Assembly: GCA_043814055.1 (NCBI GenBank)
Contig: JBDRKL010000012.1
Span: forward strand, 8,596-72,595
Direction: 5' to 3'
From: an archaeon
Lineage (GTDB): Archaea; Undinarchaeota; Undinarchaeia; Undinarchaeales; JBDRKL01
DNA: 64,000 nt
Made by a program: the position numbers and the translations under genes. The notes under the pieces are model-generated. The model was not told where the DNA came from. It ran no database searches and saw nothing but the letters and a program-made list of their open reading frames with translations. The first letter of the stretch is position 1, and each line of letters opens with the position of its first letter. Shown one piece after another: positions 57,383 through 64,000 of the stretch.

Positions 57383-57406
57383 TTGTCAAAGCGCAAGCTT
57401 TGACAA
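57383..57406. promoter_or_regulatory. perfect 10-bp inverted repeat TTGTCAAAGCgcaaGCTTTGACAA between rps17e and nop5
   Basis: It lies in the 111-nt divergent intergenic region, next to the palindromic TATA TTTATAAA (57373-57380). Confidence 0.4.
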
Positions 57407-57458
57407 ACAGCAGTTCACTCAGTGAATCGCTGGATTATTAAAGGAGAAGATACAGATA

Positions 57459-58247
57459 ATGCCTATGAATTTCTCAAAAGAACAGCTAGCAGAGCATGAG
57501 AAGAACTCGGCAATCACCAAGCGGGAGCTGAAGGAAGCTCTTTCTAGTTCAGACCAGAGGATTTCACAGATAGTGACCTCTATTAGCGAGCTGGATGAAT
57601 CAATTAATGTTAATGTTGAAAGGCTTAGGGAGTGGTATATGTTATATTACCCAGAGGTTGTGGCGAAGATAAAGAACAACGAGGCGTTCGTGAAGGCGAC
57701 TGCAAAAGCGAAGTCAAGGGATGATTTTCATGACGTGCCGAAGGACTCCATAGGCGCGGATTTCGCGCAGACTGATGTGGACACGATGAGGATTTTAGCG
57801 CGCTCAATTCAGGAGACCTACGAGCTTCAGGAGAAGTTTAGGAATGTTCTGAAGACCCTGATGAAGGCGAATTACCCGAACTTGCAGACAGTTGCTGGGG
57901 ATATTGTCGGCGCAAAGCTCATCGCGCATGCAGGAGATGCTGAGCGTTTGGCAAGGATGGCGAGCTCAACGATTCAAATTCTCGGCGCTGAGAAGGCTTT
58001 GTTCAGGCACATGACCACTGGAGCGAAATCTCCTAAATATGGAATTTTGCTCCAGCATCAACTGCTTCAGAGCGCAAGGCGCGGGGAGAAAGGCAAGGTT
58101 GCGCGGGCTGTGGCTGGGAAGATTTCAATTGCGGTGAAAGTGGATGTTTACGGCGGCGAGTACTGCGGGGACAAATTGAGAAAGGACATGGAACGGGCTG
58201 TGGAGAGGATTAAGGAGAAAGCTAAGAGGAAGGGGTTGAAAGGATGA
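57459..58247 (+). CDS. nop5: Nop5 (Nop56/58) C/D box sRNP core protein, short form
   Basis: 262 aa with LREWYMLYYPE (NOSIC-type), GAEKALFRH and PKYGILLQH (Nop domain). 4-nt overlap with fibrillarin. Confidence 0.85.
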   Translation: MPMNFSKEQLAEHEKNSAITKRELKEALSSSDQRISQIVTSISELDESINVNVERLREWYMLYYPEVVAKIKNNEAFVKATAKAKSRDDFHDVPKDSIGADFAQTDVDTMRILARSIQETYELQEKFRNVLKTLMKANYPNLQTVAGDIVGAKLIAHAGDAERLARMASSTIQILGAEKALFRHMTTGAKSPKYGILLQHQLLQSARRGEKGKVARAVAGKISIAVKVDVYGGEYCGDKLRKDMERAVERIKEKAKRKGLKG

Positions 58248-58897
58248 ATAAGAAATTTGACCAAATAAGATACATTGGAAAAGACGTTGCAACCGAGAAC
58301 ATTGTTCCAGGCAGCCGGGTATATGGTGAGAAGATTGAGAAGAAGGCTGGGGTTGAATTCAGGCTCTGGGACCCGTACCGCTCAAAGATGGCTGCAGCGC
58401 TCAGGCAGGGCGTCAAGACTTTCCCATTTAAGGAAGATTCAAAAGTTCTTTATCTCGGGGCTGGGAATGGAACCACGGTTTCGCACATTGCAGATGTTTG
58501 CAAACACGGTTTTGTTTACTCAGTTGAGTTCTCACCAAGAGCTGTGACTGACTTGATGATGGTTGCTGATGAGAGGAAAAACATAATTCCAATTCTGGCG
58601 AATGCGAAATTCCCAGAGAGATATGCAGAGAAGGTGCCGCAGGTTGATATTCTTTATGAGGATGTTGCGCAAAAGGGGCAGGTTGACATTCTGAAAGTGA
58701 ATGCGGACAAGTTCCTGAAGCAGGATGGGTATTTGTTTTTGATGGTTAAAGCAAGGTCAATTGATGTTACAAAGGAGCCAAAGTATGTGTTTGAAGTTGT
58801 GGCGAATGAATTGATGGAGAATTACAAAATTTTAGAACGCATTAAGCTTGACCCGTACGAGAAGGACCATATGTGCATTGTGATGCAGAAGAAATGA
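58244..58897 (+). CDS. flpA: fibrillarin-like rRNA/tRNA 2'-O-methyltransferase
   Basis: 217 aa with the SAM motif VLYLGAGNGTTVSHIAD. Confidence 0.92.
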   Translation: MNKKFDQIRYIGKDVATENIVPGSRVYGEKIEKKAGVEFRLWDPYRSKMAAALRQGVKTFPFKEDSKVLYLGAGNGTTVSHIADVCKHGFVYSVEFSPRAVTDLMMVADERKNIIPILANAKFPERYAEKVPQVDILYEDVAQKGQVDILKVNADKFLKQDGYLFLMVKARSIDVTKEPKYVFEVVANELMENYKILERIKLDPYEKDHMCIVMQKK

Positions 58898-58902
58898 TAC
58901 AA

Positions 58903-59012
58903 CCTTTTTCCGCGAAGGCGCGCAAAAAGCTCAAACACACAAAGTGTGTTGAGCAACACGCTGTCGCGTGTTTGCTTGACCAAAAAAATTCGCTTCGCTC
59001 GAAAGGTAGAAT
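58903..59012 (+). repeat. hairpin module (copy M7): CCTTTTT..AAAAAG hairpin, two covarying GC hairpins, then CTTGACCAAAAAAA
   Basis: AACCTTTTTCCGCGAAGGCGCGCAAAAAG + GCTCAAACACACaaaGTGTGTTGAGC (58929-58954) + AACACGCtgtcGCGTGTT (58955-58972) + TGCTTGACCAAAAAAA. TTGACC lies 37 nt before the ATG at 59013. Confidence 0.65.
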
Positions 59013-59930
59013 ATGATAAGAGAAGAACTGCTCAATAAGGTCTCGCAAACCCTGCGCGAGGCAGGCTACGAAGTTGCGCTCCAGTGCACGCCAAGCTGTT
59101 TTGACATACTCGCCCGCAGTGGGCACATTCTGCTCGTGAAAGTTTTGACAAATGTTGACTCGCTCTATGAGGAGCAGGCCGAGGATTTGAAAAGGATTGC
59201 GGATGTTCTGGACGCTTCGCCGCTGCTCGTTGGCGGCACTGCGCGGGGCGAGATGATGAAGGAGAGCACGATGTATGAGAGGCACGGGATTCCTGCTGTT
59301 TCGTTTGACACTTTTGCCGAGACCATAGTTGATAAAAGATTGCCTTTTGTTTACGCGAAGAAGGGCGGGTTCTACGCGCACATCAACGCGGACTTTTTGA
59401 AGAAGTTGCGGGAGAAGAAAGACCTTTCTTTGAATGATTTGGCGCGGGAAGCCGGGGTTTCAAAAGCAACGATTCAGAATTATGAGAAGGGTGAGGGCGC
59501 TGAGGTTGACAATATCTTCCGCCTGCAGGAAGCGCTGGGCGACTTGGTTCTGGATCCCATTGACTTATTTGACTTTGAGGAGAAACCTATAGAGGTTCAG
59601 CCGCGGACTGTCTACGAGCGCGAAATTCACGCGCAGCTTGGCGATATAGGTTTTAAAACAACTGCGGTTACAAAGGCGGCGTTTAGCATTGTTGGAAAGC
59701 ACAAGGATGATATTCTGCTCACTGGCTTGAGGAAGGAGTCAATTGAGAAAAAAGCGCAGGACATCCACGGGGCTTCAATGGCGCTTGAGCAGCACGGGAT
59801 GTTCGTTGTGAACAAGGCGGTGCAGAAAAGCGTTTCAGGAGTTCCTGTTCTTGAAAGGAAAGAGCTTGACAAGGTTGTTACATCAAGGGAATTACTTAAA
59901 ATACTGAAAGAACTAGAGGAGGAACAATGA
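59013..59930 (+). CDS. putative HTH (cro/C1-type) transcriptional regulator, COG1395-like
   Basis: 305 aa with a central HTH, KDLSLNDLAREAGVSKATIQNYEKG. The architecture is typical of the conserved archaeal regulator family. Confidence 0.6.
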   Translation: MIREELLNKVSQTLREAGYEVALQCTPSCFDILARSGHILLVKVLTNVDSLYEEQAEDLKRIADVLDASPLLVGGTARGEMMKESTMYERHGIPAVSFDTFAETIVDKRLPFVYAKKGGFYAHINADFLKKLREKKDLSLNDLAREAGVSKATIQNYEKGEGAEVDNIFRLQEALGDLVLDPIDLFDFEEKPIEVQPRTVYEREIHAQLGDIGFKTTAVTKAAFSIVGKHKDDILLTGLRKESIEKKAQDIHGASMALEQHGMFVVNKAVQKSVSGVPVLERKELDKVVTSRELLKILKELEEEQ

Positions 59931-60250
59931 GCGAAACCATTATTGTGCAGAAAGGATTCAGGAATTTGAAAGAGTTTATAGCAGGGCAGAATAATTTTTA
60001 CGCGTATTTCCTAAAAGGGAATGACTGGGGTGAGATTCGCAGGAGGCATCCTTGGTTCAAGAGATTCCAGAAAGAACATCCAGAGTTGGAAAAAGCACTG
60101 GTAAAGGCAGTGGGAAAAGCAGTAAAGGAACGGGACGAATATCCTTACGAGCAATTGTTTGAGGCGTACAAACTGATGTCAGAGATGGTGCATTCGGGCG
60201 ATTTCAAGAAGGGAAGATACAAGGAACCTAGCCGGATTTTGATTTCGTGA
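59927..60250 (+). CDS. hypothetical protein (107 aa)
   Basis: ATGA overlap with the upstream gene. No motif recognised. Confidence 0.5.
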   Translation: MSETIIVQKGFRNLKEFIAGQNNFYAYFLKGNDWGEIRRRHPWFKRFQKEHPELEKALVKAVGKAVKERDEYPYEQLFEAYKLMSEMVHSGDFKKGRYKEPSRILIS

Positions 60251-60271
60251 GTTGTTCAAATACCCCAAGGC

Positions 60272-61861
60272 TCACTCTTCACCCAACTTCTCAAGTATAG
60301 TGTCAAGTTTTGCATCAATCTCGTCAAGCCGCTTTTCAATATCCTCATCTGAAACAGCAGCAGGAGTTTCAACCACGGATTCTTCCGCCTCAACCACTTC
60401 AGCCCCACCGAACATTGTTTTCAGGAGCGCTGCGTGTACATCGTCAAGATTTGAATATTCCGCGGTCTTAATTACATAAGCCCGCTCCTCTTCGCCAAGC
60501 AAGTTGACCCCTGCAAGAGCCATTATCCTCTGGCCGCTGCCAGAGCCGCTCACGATTGATGACAGCGCATACAAATTCTTGTCTTCGTCCTGATAAATCT
60601 GAACCTGTTGCGGTATCCAGCCCTCAAAGTTCTGCACCTCTGCGCGCGCGAACCTGAATATCTTGTTCACTCCGGCGAGATTTCTCTCCAGCTTGTCAAG
60701 TTTTAATAGCGTGATTTCTCCAGAGTTCGTATGGTCTGCTCCAACGAGGAGTATTCCCGCAATCCTTGCGCCGCTTATCTCTCCGCCTATCGGCTCGTAA
60801 ACAACCACCCAGTATAACTTGTCATTGTATACTGTGAGGAAGGGGTATTTCTGCCACGTGCTGGAGCTGCTGCTGAGCTGACCGCCTGGAATCTCGTACA
60901 GGGATTCGCCATCTGATGAGCGCTGTGTGACGTGCTTAGCCCACCAGCCGAACCTGTTGTAACCGTATACATTGGCCTGCTGGAGCGCTAGGCTCTCTGG
61001 GTAGCAGCGGACGTCCCCACCCAGGAACTCTGAGAGCTCCTGAAGCTCGTCCGGGTTGTAATGCGTTATATCCGAATTTTTAGCGTTTACCAATGTGACG
61101 CCTTCAAATGATTTCTTGTATGTGAATATGAACCAGTTGATTGAGGTCCTTGGATAAACCCACCAGTACCCGCCGTCTGCGTCGGTTGTTATGTAGCCGT
61201 CATCAACCAGCCAAAGCCTGTTGTGGTACCAGGCACGGCGCTTTGAGTAATCCCAAAAGAGCTTGGCCTCTGTGTGCTCCAAGTCAATCTCTGTGACAAC
61301 AGGGCTGGCCTCTATCTCTGCCGAGGTTTGGGAAACGCCTGGTGCGCTTTTTGTGAGCTGGTTTATGAGGCCTCGCGGTTCTATTACTGCGCGCCACACG
61401 AGCTCTCCTTCTTCATAGACAGGGTCAGTGTCAATTACATCAGCCCAGCCAAAGCGGTTAGCGCGAAGCCTGATTCCTCCAGTGTTCTCCGGGACTTTTC
61501 TGACAACGCTCGTCTGGAAGAGGGTGGTTTCCTTTAGCTCAGCGAGGTCTACTTCCTGCGCGTTGAAGTCTGCGCCATCCTCCACGTTGTAGAAGCTTGG
61601 GGACATGCCGACCCAGAGAATGCTCCAGACGCCGCCGATAGCGATTACGGCGATGAAATATGCTATGATTAGCTTTGCAGAGTTGTTAATCTGCAGAGGG
61701 ACTGGCTCTTCAGAATCAAACTTGAGTACATTGAGAGCCAGGAGTATGCCGGGAATTCCGAAGAAGATTCCGAAGTACACGATTTGCACGTCCAGGGATT
61801 GCCACCATAGGAAATAAGTTATGAGCAAAAGCGGTATTACAAGAAATAGGTTTTTTTTCAT
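60272..61861 (-). CDS. membrane protein with a large extracytoplasmic domain and an acidic C-terminal tail
   Basis: 529 aa with three N-terminal TM segments, a Trp/Tyr-rich central domain and a C-terminal coiled/acidic tail. No family recognised. Confidence 0.6.
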   Translation of the reverse strand: MKKNLFLVIPLLLITYFLWWQSLDVQIVYFGIFFGIPGILLALNVLKFDSEEPVPLQINNSAKLIIAYFIAVIAIGGVWSILWVGMSPSFYNVEDGADFNAQEVDLAELKETTLFQTSVVRKVPENTGGIRLRANRFGWADVIDTDPVYEEGELVWRAVIEPRGLINQLTKSAPGVSQTSAEIEASPVVTEIDLEHTEAKLFWDYSKRRAWYHNRLWLVDDGYITTDADGGYWWVYPRTSINWFIFTYKKSFEGVTLVNAKNSDITHYNPDELQELSEFLGGDVRCYPESLALQQANVYGYNRFGWWAKHVTQRSSDGESLYEIPGGQLSSSSSTWQKYPFLTVYNDKLYWVVVYEPIGGEISGARIAGILLVGADHTNSGEITLLKLDKLERNLAGVNKIFRFARAEVQNFEGWIPQQVQIYQDEDKNLYALSSIVSGSGSGQRIMALAGVNLLGEEERAYVIKTAEYSNLDDVHAALLKTMFGGAEVVEAEESVVETPAAVSDEDIEKRLDEIDAKLDTILEKLGEE

Positions 61862-62020
61862 AAGAGTGGTGTAATGTGGAGGGGGTAATATAGTTTGGGG
61901 GATAGGGAGTTAGGAAAAAAGAGTTAGTTTTCTGCAAAGCCCCCCTCATTCGTAACACTTATATACTACTTTTAGTAGAGTATACAGTCCGATTAATTTT
62001 ACTGGGAGGTAAATAAACAA

Positions 62021-63670
62021 ATGACACAAATGGGAGGGCAGCCTGTCTACATTATGTCAGACAAGGCGCAGAGGACCATGGGCAGGGATGCCCAGCGAAT
62101 GAACATCATGGCCGGTCGAATAGTTGCCGAGACCGTGAGAACTACTTTAGGCCCGAAGGGAATGGACAAGATGCTTGTTGATTCTTTGGGCGATGTTGTG
62201 ATTACGAACGACGGCGCGACCATACTGACCGAGATGGACATAAACCACCCGGCAGCGAAGATGCTGGTTGAGGTCGCGAAGACCCAGGACAAAGAGGTCG
62301 GCGACGGAACAACTACAGCTGTTGTTATCGCAGGCGAGCTCCTGAAGAAGGCAGAGGAGCTTTTGGACCAGGGCATACACCCGACAGTCATAACAAGGGG
62401 TTACCGCCTGGCGAACGACAAGGCTCAGGAAGTGCTGGAGAGCATTGCCGAGAATGTCTCGCACACCGACAGGGACACGCTTGAGAAAATCGCAATGACC
62501 GCGATGACCGGAAAATCAGCTGAGAGGGCAAGAGAAAGTCTTGCGAAGCTCGCTGTTGAGGCAGTCACGCTGGTCGCTGATGAACGCGATGGAAAAAGGA
62601 CAGTGAACCAGGACAATATCAAGCTGGAGAAGAAGCAGGGCGGCTCAATTGACGACTCAGAGCTGATAAAAGGGATTATACTTGACAAGGAAAGAGCCCA
62701 CTCTGGAATGCCAGAGCGCGTTGAAAAAGCAAAGATCGCTTTGGTTGACGCTGCGATTGAAATCAAGAAGACAGAGACCGACGCTGAGATAAGCATCACA
62801 GACCCGAGCAAGCTCAAGGACTTCCTTGACCAGGAAGAGAACATGCTGAAAGAGATGGTTGAGAAGGTCAAGAAGTCTGGCGCGAACGTGCTGTTCTGCC
62901 AGAAGGGCATAGAGGACATTGCACAGCACTTCCTAGCAAAGGCAGGAATCCTGGCTGCGCGAAGGGTTAAGAAGAGCGACATGGACGCGCTCGCAAGGGC
63001 CACGGGCGGAAAGGTTGTTTCAAGCCTTGACAGCCTGACAGAAAAGGACCTTGGCTACGCAGGCATTGTTGAGGAGAAGAAAATTGCAGGCGACGAAATG
63101 ATGTTCGTGACCGGCTGCAAGTCCCCGAAAGCTGTTTCCGTTCTAGTGAGGGGCGGGACAGAGCACGTTGTGGACGAGGTTGAGCGCGCATTGAAGGACG
63201 CAGTCGGCGGAGTCGCATCTGCAATTGAGCTTGGAAAAATTGTTGGCGGCGGCGGGGCTGTTGAGATGGAAGTCGTGAAGGAGCTGAGAAAAGCTGCTGA
63301 GAAAACAGGCGGCAGGGAACAGCTCGCAATGACAGCTTTCGCAGACGCGCTGGAAATCATTCCAAGAACCCTTGCTGAGAACGCAGGTCTTGACACAATA
63401 GACAAGCTCGTTGAGCTCAGGAGCCAGCACGAGAAAGCAGGAAACAAATGGATCGGGCTTGACGTGTTCACTGGAAAGACTATGGACATGTACAAGGAAG
63501 GCGTCATAGAGCCGCTCAAGATAAAGACGCAGGCGATTAAGAGCGCGTCAGAAGCGGCAGAAATGATTCTGCGCATAGACGACATTATCAGCGCAAGGAA
63601 CATGAGTGAGTCCGGCGGTGGCGGTGGAATGCCGCCTGAAGGAATGGGTGGAATGCCAGGGATGATGTAA
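62021..63670 (+). CDS. ths: thermosome subunit (group II chaperonin)
   Basis: 549 aa with [28 protein letters not shown] and the C-terminal GGM-type tail [26 protein letters not shown]. Confidence 0.95.
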   Translation: MTQMGGQPVYIMSDKAQRTMGRDAQRMNIMAGRIVAETVRTTLGPKGMDKMLVDSLGDVVITNDGATILTEMDINHPAAKMLVEVAKTQDKEVGDGTTTAVVIAGELLKKAEELLDQGIHPTVITRGYRLANDKAQEVLESIAENVSHTDRDTLEKIAMTAMTGKSAERARESLAKLAVEAVTLVADERDGKRTVNQDNIKLEKKQGGSIDDSELIKGIILDKERAHSGMPERVEKAKIALVDAAIEIKKTETDAEISITDPSKLKDFLDQEENMLKEMVEKVKKSGANVLFCQKGIEDIAQHFLAKAGILAARRVKKSDMDALARATGGKVVSSLDSLTEKDLGYAGIVEEKKIAGDEMMFVTGCKSPKAVSVLVRGGTEHVVDEVERALKDAVGGVASAIELGKIVGGGGAVEMEVVKELRKAAEKTGGREQLAMTAFADALEIIPRTLAENAGLDTIDKLVELRSQHEKAGNKWIGLDVFTGKTMDMYKEGVIEPLKIKTQAIKSASEAAEMILRIDDIISARNMSESGGGGGMPPEGMGGMPGMM

Positions 63671-63761
63671 GGCCTCGGTCTGTTTAGCCCACTTCGCGAA
63701 GCGAATGTGGGTGCTCACCCTCCGCGAGCAGGCGGAGGTGTGGATGCCGGGGATGATGTAG
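63649..63761 (+). repeat. imperfect ~21-nt direct repeat of the thermosome 3' end bracketing a 70-nt two-hairpin insertion (copy R6)
   Basis: GGAATGCCAGGGATGATGTAA (ends at 63670) versus GGATGCCGGGGATGATGTAG (ends at 63761). Between them lie CCCACTTCGCgaaGCGAATGTGGG and CCTCCGCgagcagGCGGAGG. Confidence 0.7.
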
Positions 63762-63875
63762 ATACCCAATAAATAATCTGAAGAGGGGCTCAATACAAGG
63801 GCTCCTCTTTTTCTAATTTTTTAATCGTTATCATAAGCTTTAAATAGATACTTTCTTTATTCCGCAGTGGTAACA

Positions 63876-64000
63876 ATGCCGCTAAGAGAGGAAACTTACG
63901 AAATAGTCCCGATTGACCCTGTTCACAAGGCTGAGAGGAAGCACGAGAGCCTTGAGAAGGAAATTGCAGACATAAAAGCCGCGATGAGGGGGACTGTTGG
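63876..64000 (+). CDS. hypothetical protein, N-terminal fragment (runs off window end)
   Basis: Own translation from the ATG at 63876: MPLREETYEIVPIDPVHKAERKHESLEKEIADIKAAMRGT... The frame is open to the window edge and no SD is obvious. Confidence 0.35.
   Translation, partial: MPLREETYEIVPIDPVHKAERKHESLEKEIADIKAAMRGTV

Noticed and set aside
57459-58247. Nop5 appears N-terminally truncated (262 aa), possibly lacking the fibrillarin-binding domain.
   Set aside because: Short archaeal Nop5 forms of similar length exist, and about 55 residues do precede the NOSIC motif. I cannot call this unusual without an alignment.
61962-61984. An imperfect palindrome, TATACTACTTTTAGTAGAGTATA, overlapping the thermosome TATA region, as a heat-shock operator.
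   Set aside because: The arms pair only 6+3 bp with a bulge in AT-rich promoter DNA. This is too weak to call without comparative data.

Overview
This is an archaeal chromosome segment. The markers are a group II chaperonin (thermosome), fibrillarin/Nop5, ribosomal protein S17e, aMBF1, ether-lipid genes, and tRNA introns at position 37/38. All calls come from reading the sequence and the ORF track by eye. No database search was possible, and the lineage is not determined.

Contents in order:
- A minus-strand rRNA operon, 16S - tRNA-Ala - [107-codon ORF] - 23S.
- An oxidative-stress operon: Fur/PerR, a 23-codon Cys/Lys micro-ORF, reverse rubrerythrin, desulfoferrodoxin, Ogg.
- tRNA-Leu(CAA, intron), tRNA-Glu(UUC), tRNA-Ile(UAU, intron) and ileS.
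- An APC permease and a P-type ATPase.
- Aconitase, a wHTH regulator, and a lipoprotein-aclB-aclA-icd operon.
- pyrF-pyrE, tRNA-Asn(GUU, intron), gdhA and trxB.
- tRNA-His - hisS - AbrB-like - hisG-D-B-(HAD)-A-F-IE.
- A PIN/PilT ATPase, a CBS protein, aMBF1, a cupredoxin-like membrane protein, and a PAP2 phosphatase.
- A ferredoxin paired with a hyper-acidic Cys-motif protein.
- A 14-gene overlap-coupled operon joining the archaeal-type mevalonate route (UbiX, UbiD-type decarboxylase, MVK, AcnX large and small subunits, IPK, IDI-2) to ether-lipid core synthesis (DGGGPS, G1PDH, GGGPS). It carries three unexplained inserted ORFs and a degenerate second GHMP kinase.
- Dph6, then a Na/Pi transporter with two PhoU-like paralogs.
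- pyrH, S17e, Nop5-fibrillarin, a COG1395-like regulator, a large membrane protein, and the thermosome.

The least explained signal is non-coding. Several families of short hairpin-rich intergenic elements show compensatory stem changes between copies. Four loci also carry a 13-25 nt duplication of a gene terminus (the tRNA-Glu, tRNA-Ile and tRNA-His 5' ends, the ileS stop region, and the thermosome C-terminal codons). At the Ile, His and thermosome loci the copies bracket an inserted hairpin element. At the Glu locus the fragment heads two 88-bp units stacked upstream of the tRNA.

rRNA ends are approximate (+/- 10-20 nt). No CRISPR array, cas genes, transposase or integrase was seen.
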